Below, one piece after another: positions 52,842 to 62,876 of a stretch of DNA of 64,000 bases. This stretch comes from Pelagomonas calceolata (lineage: Eukaryota): the NCBI GenBank assembly GCA_918797485.1, contig CAKKNE010000001.1:5022001-5086000 (forward strand), written 5' to 3'. The translations under genes and the position numbers were made by a program. Positions within the stretch are counted from its first letter, which is position 1, and each line of letters begins with the position of its first letter. The notes under the pieces are model-generated. The model saw nothing but the letters and a program-made list of their open reading frames with translations, made no database searches and was not told the DNA's origin.

Positions 52842-53334
52842 GGTGCTTCGCTGTCAGTCCTCCTGCTCTTGGACAGCAGCCTGTTGCTGTTGTGGGGTTG
52901 GGGGCAGCTTCGCGGTCAGTCTTGCGGCACTGGCGTCGGCTGGCGTCCGGGCCCTGGCTCTCTTTTGGCAGTCTGTTGCTGCACAGCGCGGGGTGGGGGG
53001 GCAGCCGCTGCGTCGGCGCTACGGGAGCGGAAAGCCTTTGGGTCTCCGTGCCGAGCGCAAGCGCTAAATAGTGGGGCGGGCGCGCTCCCGCGGCAAGCTC
53101 TCACAGCGCTACATGGAGATGCTGGAGATGCTGGAACGCCGCGTTTCCCGCGACCGATCATCCAGCCCTTCCTGCGCCTCGCGACGCCTCGTCGGACGAC
53201 TCGGGACCCGCGGACCGCTAAAAAAAAACTCGGCCTGAAAATCGATGAGCCTTGTGTCGCGCATGGCAGCCCAAAAGGGCTGCCCCGCCGGCCGGATGCG
53301 GGTCAGCTCACCCTATAAGACAAGCCACACAATC

Positions 53335-54369
53335 ATGGAAGCAGCCACACACGCGGCGCCAGACGCGGGGCCGGCACAACAACACCACCAGCGGCAGACA
53401 CAACAGCCCCAGCGGCCAACGCAGCAACAAGGGCGACGCCGCGACGCCGGCCGGCGCCACGCGTCCTTCCGCGACCTCAAGAATTTAAGTGTGGACGACT
53501 GGTGCGCCCTCTTCCGCATCGACCGGACGACGATCAACGCGAGCGCGCGCGACCGGCTGCGCTGGGCGCTCTCGTCGTTACGGGAGCGGCGGTACCGCCA
53601 CGACGAAATACTGGAGCTGGGGGAGGACATGGTCGTCGTCGTCGAGGGGACCGTCGAGGCCGACGAGCGGTTGCTAAAGGCGCCGTTCTTCGTCAACGAG
53701 TGTGTGATACTAGACGGCGCGCCCGAAACACGCGTTTACAGAGTCGCCTCGGACCGTTGCAGATGCTACGCCGTGAACAGTGCGGACGCGGCACTAGTCA
53801 AAGCCGCCGGGGGCTTCGACGCGGACCGGACGCGGCGTTTGCGATCCTTCGAGCGGCGGCTCGCTTTGAAAGGCGTCGACGCGGAGTTGCTGCGCGACGA
53901 CGCGGTCTTCGCGAAGCACGCTTCCTCATATCTCGCGCGGCGCTGCGACGCCGAGCCCCTGCGGTTTTTGGTTGACTCCGATGCGGTCCTCGTACTGAGA
54001 GATCGGCCCTTCGTTGAGGTGTTAAGGGCCTTCGACGGGCTCTGGCGGGTCTACGCCCGGCCCTGGGACGCGTTCGCCGACGTGAGCGCCGTCGCCGGCG
54101 ACGCGACGACGCGGCGGCGACTCGGAGACGAGCGGGCCAAGGCGGTCCAACGCGCGGACGCCGGGCGCCTCCTCGATTGTGTAGAGGGGATCGTGGACAC
54201 GGTCAAGCGCGACCTCGACACGCGGTTCCTGCCGGCCTTCGTCGCGTCGGAGGCGTACGCCGTCTTCGTCCGCGAGCGCTTCCCGGGGCGCGGCCAGAAG
54301 CGCGTGCCGGTCCCGCGCGGCGAGGTCTTGGTCGCGCCGGCGGCGGTTTCGACGTGTGCGGTCTCTTGA
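53335..54369 (+). CDS. Cyclic-nucleotide-binding-like plus RGS-like domain protein
   Basis: ERRY...EILELGEDMVVVVEGTV (cNMP-like); E.LRFL...D and ...RFLPAFVASEAY..F (RGS-like). Confidence 0.55.
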   Translation: MEAATHAAPDAGPAQQHHQRQTQQPQRPTQQQGRRRDAGRRHASFRDLKNLSVDDWCALFRIDRTTINASARDRLRWALSSLRERRYRHDEILELGEDMVVVVEGTVEADERLLKAPFFVNECVILDGAPETRVYRVASDRCRCYAVNSADAALVKAAGGFDADRTRRLRSFERRLALKGVDAELLRDDAVFAKHASSYLARRCDAEPLRFLVDSDAVLVLRDRPFVEVLRAFDGLWRVYARPWDAFADVSAVAGDATTRRRLGDERAKAVQRADAGRLLDCVEGIVDTVKRDLDTRFLPAFVASEAYAVFVRERFPGRGQKRVPVPRGEVLVAPAAVSTCAVS

Positions 54370-54410
54370 TTCGTGCTTTTTGTGCCTAAGACTGCTTCGG
54401 GGGAGGTGGA

Positions 54411-54433
54411 GCTAGCGGTGTAAGACACTAGCA
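54411..54433 (-). promoter_or_regulatory. Double-CTAG intergenic motif, copy 11
   Basis: Minus strand tgctagtgtcttacaccgctagc, ~210 bp upstream of the plus-strand ATG 54640. Confidence 0.65.
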
Positions 54434-54639
54434 AGTAGCAAGCTAGCAAGGAAGCCTAAGGAGCAGAGGGCCGCTAGCGCTGGGATTGCGGCGCTGAAAA
54501 GACGCGTTTCTTCATCGCTGGCGATCGAACGTCTGCTGGAGAACCGCTGCTGCAGCGGTTGCTGCGTTTTGCAGCTTGGACAGCACGTGCTCTCCGGGGC
54601 CAAAGTGATCGAATCGCGCGAGCAAGAGTCGCTCGAACC

Positions 54640-55842
54640 ATGCTGCCAAGACTGCTAATAACCATGGCAGCAGCCAGCGCGCTCACTCTCCCGCCAGACT
54701 GCGGAATTGCGACGTGGCGCGCCGGCCCGAGCTTAGTGAGAGTAGAACTTGATAGGGGCGGCAAGCTCAACGCGCTGACGAGGAGCATGTGGGAGGCGCT
54801 CGACGCCGTCCTAGAGGATACAAATGATGCGCTCTTGATCACGAGCGGCGACGCCAAGGCGTTTTCTGCGGGCGCGGACGTGAACGCGGTCGCGAGCGAA
54901 CCCGTGGATGAGCGTAGGGACTTCCTGCGGCTCGAATACGAGACGCTCGAGAAGCTCCAGGAACGCGACGCGCCGACGGTCGCCGTCGCGGACGGGTTGG
55001 CGTTCGGCGCGGGTGCGGGCGTCTTTATGGCCTGCGACGAGCGCATCGTGACGGAGCGGTCGCGGCTCGCCATGCCCGAGTGCCGGATCGGCATCGTGCC
55101 CGACGCCGGCGCGTTACGTTTCCTCACGAAGCACTGCGAGCCCGCCGTCGCGCGGTATCTGGCACTGACGGGCGTGCCGCTCAACGCCCATGATTTGTAC
55201 AGGACGGGCCTCGCGACGCGCTACGTGCCGGACAAGGAAGATCTAGGTTTGGATCAACTCTACGCGGAGCTGTCGAGCGCCCCGGCGGGGGAACTGGCGA
55301 CGCCCCTCGACCGGCGCGGCGTGGACGCGCCGCGGCGCTTGGAGTCGGGCCTCTTCAACGAGGCGACGCTGCAGGCCGTGCGCGACGCCTTTGAAAAAGG
55401 TACTTCGGTGGACGCGGTGCGCGCCGACCTCGAGACGGCGCGAGAGGCGGCCAAGAAGCTGCAGGGCTCCTGCGGCTGGGCGACGCGCGAGGCCGCGGAC
55501 GGAGTGCTGGATGTGCTCGACGCCGCGGCCGACGGTTTGCAGCGCGGCTGCCCGACGGCGCTCGAGATCACTTTAGATGCCGTCGATAGGCTCGCGGCGC
55601 GGCGCGGCGACGCGGACCCCGCGGCGGCGCGCTACGGGCGGCGCGTGGAGCTCGCCGCGAACGCTCGGCTCGGCGGCGCGCCGGACTTCGCCGAGGGGGT
55701 GGCCTGCGTCGTCGGCGCGCGGCGCGGCGAGCGGCCGAAGTGGTCCAACGACGCGTCGCTCGTCGGCGCTATTGCGCGCGCCGTCGACGGGCTTCGTGAG
55801 GAGACGAGTCTCGGCGACGTCGTCGCGGGCGCGCGGGGGTAA
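54640..55842 (+). CDS. 3-hydroxyisobutyryl-CoA hydrolase-like crotonase
   Basis: LNALT..M, KAFSAGADV, DG..FGAGAG, AMPEC.IG..PD.G, YLALTG, PDFAEGV. Confidence 0.88.
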   Translation: MLPRLLITMAAASALTLPPDCGIATWRAGPSLVRVELDRGGKLNALTRSMWEALDAVLEDTNDALLITSGDAKAFSAGADVNAVASEPVDERRDFLRLEYETLEKLQERDAPTVAVADGLAFGAGAGVFMACDERIVTERSRLAMPECRIGIVPDAGALRFLTKHCEPAVARYLALTGVPLNAHDLYRTGLATRYVPDKEDLGLDQLYAELSSAPAGELATPLDRRGVDAPRRLESGLFNEATLQAVRDAFEKGTSVDAVRADLETAREAAKKLQGSCGWATREAADGVLDVLDAAADGLQRGCPTALEITLDAVDRLAARRGDADPAAARYGRRVELAANARLGGAPDFAEGVACVVGARRGERPKWSNDASLVGAIARAVDGLREETSLGDVVAGARG

Positions 55843-55856
55843 TCTTATGTTGAAAT

Positions 55857-56684
55857 TTACCAACTCGTTACGTGATACATCTCGTCCGACCGCGACCGCC
55901 GTCCCGCGTCGGAAGGCGGGCCCATGCTCCCCGTCGGCCGGTACGCGGTCCGCCCGTCCCGCAGCAGCGAGCCGATGCCGCCGTTCGCCAGCGCGCGTTC
56001 GACGCGGTCGCGGCCCAGGACGCCGACGACGAGCCGCAGCGCCCGCGTCCGCTCGGCCTCGGCGTCGGCGAGGTCCGCGCGCAGCATGTTCGCGTCGCGT
56101 TCACGCTCGGCGTTCCGCCTCTCGAGTTCCGCGTTCCGCGCCGTCTGCGCCTTCAGGTCGCGCTTCAGCGACGCTAATTCATCCTCGAGCTCCGAGAGGC
56201 TGGCGATGGGGCTTCGCGGCGGCGGCGGCGGCGGCTTCGAGCGGATGGGCTCGCGGAGGCTGTGCTCCCAGTCCTCGACCGGTTTCTTGGGAGGCGGCGG
56301 CGGCGGTGGTTTCCGCTTGGGCGGCGGCGGCGGCGGCTTGGCGCGCGGCGGCGGCGGCGCCGCCTCGCGTACGGCCGTCGGCGGCGGCGCCGCGGACGCG
56401 CGGCGCGGCGCGGGCGTCGCGCTCGGCCGGCGCCGTCTCAAAGGAAACGCGGCGTCGAGCATGTCCTGGCGCCGCGCCATGTCGATGGCCGGGCGGCTCG
56501 CCGTGCGCGGCCGCGCCGGCGGTCTGGACGCGCGCCGCGCCGGCGTGGGCACGGGCTCGGGCGGCCCGCCGTCGTCGGACTCGTCCGAGTCGCTCCAGCC
56601 CGAGTGCCGCGACGACGGCGACGTCGCGGCGTTTCCGAGCGCCGCGACGGCGTCGAGCATGGAGGTGTTGAAGCCGCGCGACAT
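55857..56684 (-). CDS. Hypothetical proline-rich coiled-coil protein
   Basis: 275-aa ATG ORF. Confidence 0.55.
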   Translation of the reverse strand: MSRGFNTSMLDAVAALGNAATSPSSRHSGWSDSDESDDGGPPEPVPTPARRASRPPARPRTASRPAIDMARRQDMLDAAFPLRRRRPSATPAPRRASAAPPPTAVREAAPPPPRAKPPPPPPKRKPPPPPPPKKPVEDWEHSLREPIRSKPPPPPPRSPIASLSELEDELASLKRDLKAQTARNAELERRNAERERDANMLRADLADAEAERTRALRLVVGVLGRDRVERALANGGIGSLLRDGRTAYRPTGSMGPPSDAGRRSRSDEMYHVTSW

Positions 56685-56878
56685 GTCCGCTTGCTCTGTT
56701 CAAGTCCTTGGTCTGCTCTGTTGCTTAAGTGTGCTTCGTGCGTCGGAGCAGCACTTGTAAGGCAGCCCTTTTGGAAGCGAGTAATGCTGCGGTCCCTGCG
56801 TACGTTTTCCGAGGTGCAGTGCAGCTCGCAGTGTTTGCGCCCAGCGCGTCGAGCTTGTGGTCAAATCAAAACATGCTT

Positions 56879-56903
56879 TGCTAGTGTCTTACAGGCCGCT
56901 AGC
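56879..56903 (+). promoter_or_regulatory. Double-CTAG intergenic motif, copy 12 (consensus)
   Basis: tgctagtgtcttacaggccgctagc, ~195 bp upstream of the minus-strand ATG 56684. Confidence 0.75.
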
Positions 56904-57070
56904 GCAGCCCTAAAAGCCGCGCCCCGGGGCGGTAAACATGGTTCGAACATGGGAACCCGTACTCCTTCGACGCGCTGCGCACGAGATTGGCGCCTCCCCC
57001 TGAACGAACAGGAAATATAGACGCCGTCGACGCGAAGAGAATAGATAGAACAAAGCAAGAGTTACGAGAA

Positions 57071-58279
57071 TCAACCTAGCCGCTCCGCCGCGAGCCGCTT
57101 CTGCTGCTGGCGCTTCTGGAGGACCTTGTCCCAGGCCGCCATCTTTAATTTTTGGTCCTCCTCAGCCTTCTTGGCGCGCGCCTCCCAGAAGCCGAAGAGG
57201 CGCCCCTTTTTGGGCCTCGCGTCGGGCGCGTCGCCGGCGATGGCCGACGCCGTCAGACCGGCCTCGGCCAACAAGCTCCCAGCCTTGCGCTCGGGCTCGG
57301 GCATCTTCTGCGAACTTCGTACGAAGCCACCTAAACCTAGCGAACGGACGCCTTCGGTCTTCGTTTTCGCAGTCTCCAGCATTTCTGCATACTCTCTGGC
57401 AATATCCGAGGCGTTGTGCGAGGAAAACCTGGCCAAAGCCATGGGGACGTCTTTCACTCCCTCGTTCACCAGAGCCTGTAAAAAGGGCGTGATGTCCTCG
57501 AGATATGAATCGGACTTGTCCGTCGCGTCCGTGTAGGGCGGCACGATGATGACGTGGCCGGGCTGTAACTGCAGGGCTTTGGGGTCCTTGTCGAGCACGA
57601 CGATCTTCGACAAGGGCCGGTTCATCTTCGACAGGTCCTTGACGTGTGTGCCGCGGATGAAGTGCGTGCACTCCCTGTATAACCGATGCATGGCGCAGCC
57701 CTCCCTGTCCAAGGCGTTGACCACGGGATCCCCAACTCCGGCAATATTCGACGAAAATATCACAATCTCGTACTTCATGGCCATATCTCTGAGAAACTGC
57801 TCGACGCCCGGCCTCTTGGCGTGGCGCCAGCCGAACTTGCGGTCCCAGGACGCATGAACCAACGTGTCATCTAAGTCTAAAACTAACGTGTGGGGGCAGG
57901 GCACGTTCGAATCCAAATTTAAGTAGTCCGGGGGCCAGTCCGGCAGGAGTTTTTCCCGACAAGGGTTGACGAAGGTCGAGGCCATCTCGCCGACGTTGGC
58001 CGTGAGCCACTTACCTACTGATGTAGATTGCGCACTTCTCGCGAGCTCCGACTCGTTCGGGTCCGCCATTAGCGAATAGATGCCTACACTCAAAAAGGCC
58101 GTCGTGCCGCCGACCGAGACCCAGAGCTTCGTTGTGGTGCCCGTGTCCTTCGTCGTCGGGTCGGCTTTTTTCTCGCGGGCCGCTCTTCTTGCTGCTCGGT
58201 CGAGCTTGCGCGGGGGCGCCGTCGAGAGGCGGCGGAGGAGCGGTCGCCGCAGGGCTGCGCATGCGGCGCGGGCGAGCAT
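57071..58279 (-). CDS. TIM50: Mitochondrial import inner membrane translocase subunit TIM50
   Basis: Arg-rich presequence, one TM helix, KLLPD, TLVLDLDDTLVH..WDRK.GWR.AKRPG, HVKDLS..NR.L. Confidence 0.92.
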   Translation of the reverse strand: MLARAACAALRRPLLRRLSTAPPRKLDRAARRAAREKKADPTTKDTGTTTKLWVSVGGTTAFLSVGIYSLMADPNESELARSAQSTSVGKWLTANVGEMASTFVNPCREKLLPDWPPDYLNLDSNVPCPHTLVLDLDDTLVHASWDRKFGWRHAKRPGVEQFLRDMAMKYEIVIFSSNIAGVGDPVVNALDREGCAMHRLYRECTHFIRGTHVKDLSKMNRPLSKIVVLDKDPKALQLQPGHVIIVPPYTDATDKSDSYLEDITPFLQALVNEGVKDVPMALARFSSHNASDIAREYAEMLETAKTKTEGVRSLGLGGFVRSSQKMPEPERKAGSLLAEAGLTASAIAGDAPDARPKKGRLFGFWEARAKKAEEDQKLKMAAWDKVLQKRQQQKRLAAERLG

Positions 58280-58403
58280 CGTCGCTGGCGTGCGGCAGAG
58301 CAGCCTCAGGAGCGATAAGATAGGGGTCTAAAAAGATTGCAAAACGAGCGGTGCGGTCGTCTGCTTGGCCCAGGGCTCTGCGACGGCTCTGCGATAGGAA
58401 TTA

Positions 58404-58427
58404 GCTAGCGATTGTAAGACACTAGCA
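58404..58427 (-). promoter_or_regulatory. Double-CTAG intergenic motif, copy 13
   Basis: Minus strand tgctagtgtcttacaatcgctagc, ~125 bp upstream of TIM50. Confidence 0.7.
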
Positions 58428-58505
58428 ATATTTTCATTTTGACACTAAGCCACCCGCTCCCCGACGGCATAAGTCCCCCTGCATGTTATGTTTAGCAAGC
58501 AAAAA

Positions 58506-59903
58506 TTAAACCGCGAACGGCCGCGGATTGCCAGCACGAGCGTTCACGCGGCTCCGGTGCCGCCCCGCTTCGTGCCCCGAGATGACGCGCTCGACGGCCC
58601 CCAGGACCTCGTCGACGGCTCTATCCGGCGGCGGGTGCGGCGCCGCGGCCCGGCGCGCGGCCCGCCGGATGTCCCTGCGCGCCGCGCCGCGCCGCGTCCG
58701 CACGACGACGTCCGCCGCGGCCGCGCCGACCTCGCGCTCCAGCATCCAGCGCGGCAAGGGGTTGGGCGGCTGGCGCCAGGGCAGGTCCGCGAGGGCCTCC
58801 TTGTCCGGCCGGAAGCGCGCCGGCGCCTCGGGCGACAATTCGGGCGGCGGCGGCGGCGGCGGCGAGGGCGCGCGCCGCCGGCGCGGCGGCGCGGGCCGCG
58901 ACCGCGGCGGCGCCGACCGGGCCGTCCGCGTCGTCGTTTGAGGGGCGGTCCGCCTTTCCAATTGCCGCCGGTGCGTCCCCGCGTAGGAGTCGCCGCCCGC
59001 GGCCGCGGGCTTGATGTCCGCAAGCGCTTTATTGGTAGTTTGCGACGGCGCCGCGTCGCGCGCGTCGGGGCCGACGCCGAGGCGCGCGAGCCGCACGAGC
59101 ACGCTTCGTAAACGCGCGCGCGCGTCTCTAGCTTTGGCCGCATCATCACACAAAGGGTTGCCCCGCACGTCCAAGGAGCGCAAGGCCGCGTTGCAGCTGA
59201 GCGGCCTTAAAGCCGCGACGCTCCTTATATCATTGTCCCTTAAATCTAACGAAGATAATTTGGAGAGGCCCCAGAGGCCGTCGGCGCTCCGCAGGTAGTT
59301 CTTCTGGAGGAACAGCGCCTCGAGATTCACGAGAGAAGCTAAGCCGGAGCAGGTCTCCAAACCGTTGTCGGCGAGGTTTAGAGTTCTCAACTTCTTCAAC
59401 GACGATAAAGCTTTTGATGACGGCGTCGCGTCCGGCCCCAGTCTATTACCGGCAAGGTCGAGGACGACGATGCGCGATGCCAGCGGCACGGCGAGCTTCG
59501 GGGGCGGGGGCGGCGGCGGGGGCGGCGGCTCCTCGTAGACGTCCTCCTCGTCGACCGTCTCGTCGTCGTCGTCCTGCCAGCCCATCATCATGTCCATCAA
59601 ACCGCCCTGTGATCTATGTAATTCCGCGTAGGACTCGACCGTCGGCGGCTCCGGCTCTGGCTGGCGCTGTCGTGGTGCGGGTTCTGGCCGCGGCGGCTTT
59701 TCAGAAGCCGGCAGCGCGAACTTCGCCACGTCGTTCCCCGCGCAGAGCAGTTCCAGGGGCCGCGCTATTGTAACACCGTCGCGCTCGTCCTCGTCGTGGA
59801 GCACGCGCTGCAGCCGCGCGAGCGCGTCGTGGAGGCCGCGGCTCGAGAGGTGGCGCTCGGATAGATCCATGACGTAGGCGTCGTCGGCATCGGTCGCGGC
59901 CAT
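58506..59903 (-). CDS. Leucine-rich repeat protein (SDS22-like LRRs)
   Basis: LDLAGNRL, LNLADNGL, LFLQKNYL, LDLRDNDI, LDVRGNPLC. Confidence 0.85.
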   Translation of the reverse strand: MAATDADDAYVMDLSERHLSSRGLHDALARLQRVLHDEDERDGVTIARPLELLCAGNDVAKFALPASEKPPRPEPAPRQRQPEPEPPTVESYAELHRSQGGLMDMMMGWQDDDDETVDEEDVYEEPPPPPPPPPPKLAVPLASRIVVLDLAGNRLGPDATPSSKALSSLKKLRTLNLADNGLETCSGLASLVNLEALFLQKNYLRSADGLWGLSKLSSLDLRDNDIRSVAALRPLSCNAALRSLDVRGNPLCDDAAKARDARARLRSVLVRLARLGVGPDARDAAPSQTTNKALADIKPAAAGGDSYAGTHRRQLERRTAPQTTTRTARSAPPRSRPAPPRRRRAPSPPPPPPPELSPEAPARFRPDKEALADLPWRQPPNPLPRWMLEREVGAAAADVVVRTRRGAARRDIRRAARRAAAPHPPPDRAVDEVLGAVERVISGHEAGRHRSRVNARAGNPRPFAV

Positions 59904-60323
59904 CTTCTGGTGCTGAAAGCGGCGGCGCGCGCCCGTCCCAGCAGTTGGCTTTGAAAGCGGTTTTGCCTCCAAGGCGCTACCTAGAGCGCACGGGACTGCG
60001 AGCAGCGGCCGAATATGAATTATTTGTATTTTGACGCGACGCACAGCAACGCAAGCGCACGAATGCTAAACTAAGCCGCACCAACAGCCTCGATAATCAG
60101 CTTGCTAACCATAGAGACAGACGCACTAGCCGGCCTACCCGTCCGATGATCCCTGCGGGGCCACTCCCGCCCCGTTGCCCCGCAGGAATCCAGCCGACCA
60201 GACGGGGCAGCGATGCTAGTAGCTTTCTATGAGCCTTGTTTGCCTGAAAAACCAGCTTTTGGGCAGCGCGCACGACCGCACGACTGCCCCGGCAGACAAA
60301 ACAGGAAGCGCAGACCCTTCACC

Positions 60324-62766
60324 ATGGGCAACGGCGCCTCCTGCGGCGAGAACGCCCGCGACGTCGGCGCCGACGAGGAGCTCAACCCCTTGTTTGTGGG
60401 GGACGCCGACAAGGAGAACAACTACCGGCGGCCCAGCGTGCCCCACGTCCAGGCCGTGCGCGTCCAGTGTCCCCTCAAGCCACCGCGCGCCTTTTCCGCC
60501 GCCGCCGCGCGTCCCTAAAAAAAAACACTGCCGCGCCTTCCGCCGCAGGAGCGCCTCAAGCGCAAGTCCGCTTTGATAAGAGCGTCCATGCGCCAGGACG
60601 ACAAGAAGGCCATGGCCCAGCACGTCGCCGTTTTGAGGGCGGGTCCCAAAGCCGGCGCGGAGCCGCCGCGCGCCGGCACCACCAAGTCTACGTATCATGC
60701 CCCTCCAACCCAGGAGGGCTGGCTCGCCTGGGCCACGCCCAACGGGAGCACGCGGCGCTACTACCGCCTCGTCGGAAGTTATCTGGTCCGGTACGCGGAC
60801 GAGGAGGCCGCGCGCGGTGCGTCCCTCGGCGTCGATGGCGTCTTCATGGTCTCGAGAGAGTCTACGCGTCTCGCGGTCGCGTCGATGGCGTCGACGCGGA
60901 CGCGACGCCTCGACGCCGTCGACGCGTCTCGTGAGAGCAGTGGCGCGGTCGCCGCGCCGCCGTCTTCATGATGATCACTCTACACACACGCAGGCGCGGC
61001 GACCTTCGCGGCCTACGCCCACGGCACGGAAGCCCTGATATCGGGCAACGTCGACCGCGACTTCGTCGCCGACCTCGAGAACCGGGGCTCGTCCTTCTAC
61101 GTGTATACTCCTACCAGAACGCTCACCTTATATGCTCCGGACTTGGAAGCCCAGCGCGCCTGGGTCGCTGCGCTCAGAGCGGCCGGCGAGCAGGTGTACG
61201 ACGCCGAAGAACTCAAGGCCAAGGCCACGGCCCTCCAGGAGATGGCTCCCTTATTATTAGATCAGGCCCAGCGCCAGTTCAAGCGCATGCACCAGATCCT
61301 GGCCTCCCTGAAGTGCACGGGCTACGTCGTGCAGGACGAGCGCGTCAAGTCGCTCAAGAAGGGCTACCTCGAGTTCCAGCGCGCTCGCGGCGTCCCGTCG
61401 TGTTGGGGTGTCTTCACTTCCTTAGATGGACTCGTGGCCATCGCACGATGCCGGGGGTCGTTTCTTTTTCGAGTTTGAGGCCATTAGCGACCGAGATGCT
61501 CCGCGCAGGCGCGCCGAGTACGAGGACGAGCAGTTCTACGGCAAGCTGCTCGAGGATTCTTCTACGAGTGAACCGCGCTTCGCCAAGGCCTACTGCGTGT
61601 TACGGAGCGACCAGACGTTAGTTTATGGGTCGTCCGAAAAAGAAGCCAAGGCCAACCCGGAAGGCGTCGTGTCGCTGAACCATCTGCATGTTGTGCTAGA
61701 TGCGGATGCTATTGAGAAGAGTGGTGATATGGTCTTCTCGCTGGTGACGCCGTTGCGGACGTTCGTCGTGCGGGCGGCCCACCAAGTAGCCCTAGAAGAG
61801 TGGTTGAAAGCCATCATTCGGTCGACGGCGAAGTTGGACGACAAGGGCAACACGCTGCAAGCCCTCAACGAGCTCCAGGAGATGGACGCGACGGAAGGTG
61901 TCGATCTCGCCTCGCTCATCGACGACGACAGTGGCCTCGACGCCTTCGAAAGGTTTGTGGCTTCGTTAGAGGACAAGAAGACGAAGGACGTCTTCGCGTG
62001 TTGGCGGCTCTGCAGAGAACACAAGGACGCGTCGGAATTTGATCCGTTGGAGTTCGCCGATACTTCGGTACTGGTCAAGCAGCTCGAAAAAAGGTTAGTA
62101 GAGGACTTCCTGGAGGACGGCGGTAGATTACCTTCTGAGATTGCTGTCGATGCTCGAAAGGAGTGTATTGCTGCTATGTACCCCCACGGCGAGAAGGCTT
62201 TACCGGTGAACGAAGTGCGCGCCGCATGTGTCGCGGAACTCCACGCGCTAGCCTATGACCAGTTCAAGACCACCCAAGACTACAAGGAGTACTGCCTCTC
62301 GAAAAAAGATCTCGGTGAACCTGTTGAGGAAGGTGAGAGAGTGTTGATCTACACGCCCAAGGATCCCGCTGCATTAAAAGAACGGCTCGCGAAGATGCCC
62401 AAGTGTTCTACGAAGTTGAAAGCGCTAGATGCGATCAAGAACGGCTCCGGGAAAAGGGTGTATGAGGCCTGGACTTCGTTAAAACATTCTACGGAGAAGA
62501 CCGAACGCGTCATGATCGGTAGGGACCACAAGTGCGACGTCGCCGTCGACGACGACAAGCGCGTCTCGCGCGAACACGCGCGCATCGATTCGCTCAAGGA
62601 CGGCCGCGTCGTGTTCCTGGATCTTGGAAGTTCGCACGGCTCGAAGGTGAACGGCAAGACGGTCTCTGGTAGAGTGTTCTTGAATGCTGGAGACGTCGTC
62701 CACGTCGGCAAGACGGACATGGTCTTCACCGTGATTCCTTCTGGTACGGCGAACCCGCTCCGCTAG
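60324..62766 (+). CDS. PH-PH-RGS-like-FHA signalling protein (exons 60324-60455, 60549-60816, 60994-61378, 61509-62766)
   Basis: QEGWL...RRYY.L...L..Y / TPTRTL.L.A......W (PH1); KKGYL...TPLRTF...A......EW (PH2); AFERFV...F.CW (RGS-like); IGR...CDV...RVSREHA...DLGSSHG..VNG (FHA). Spliced CDS is 2043 nt and in frame. Confidence 0.82.
60456..60548 (+). other. Spliceosomal intron, 93 nt (a GC donor at 60453 is also in frame)
   Basis: GTGCGCGTCC...CCGCAG; contains an in-frame stop. Confidence 0.7.
60817..60993 (+). other. Spliceosomal intron, 177 nt
   Basis: GTGCGTCC...CACACGCAG with several GCGTCGA(T/C)G repeats; splicing restores PH1. Confidence 0.8.
61379..61508 (+). other. GC-AG intron, 130 nt, introner-like
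   Basis: The join giving LEFQ-RAEYE uses a GC donor; GCGCGC starts both the intron and the next exon; degenerate terminal inverted repeat CGCGG..TCG / CGA..CCGCG. Confidence 0.72.
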
Positions 62767-62876
62767 GTCGTGTGCCTGCAGCAGCGCTCCTCTGTCGATC
62801 CCCTGTTCCCCCCTACGAGTGACGCGCGCTTGTTCCCCATCCCCTGTCTGTGCGTTATAACTATAATGTGCTCTTA

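Noticed and set aside
56920..57010. GGTTCGAA-containing stretch as a tRNA gene
   Set aside because: No cloverleaf or acceptor stem could be built around it.
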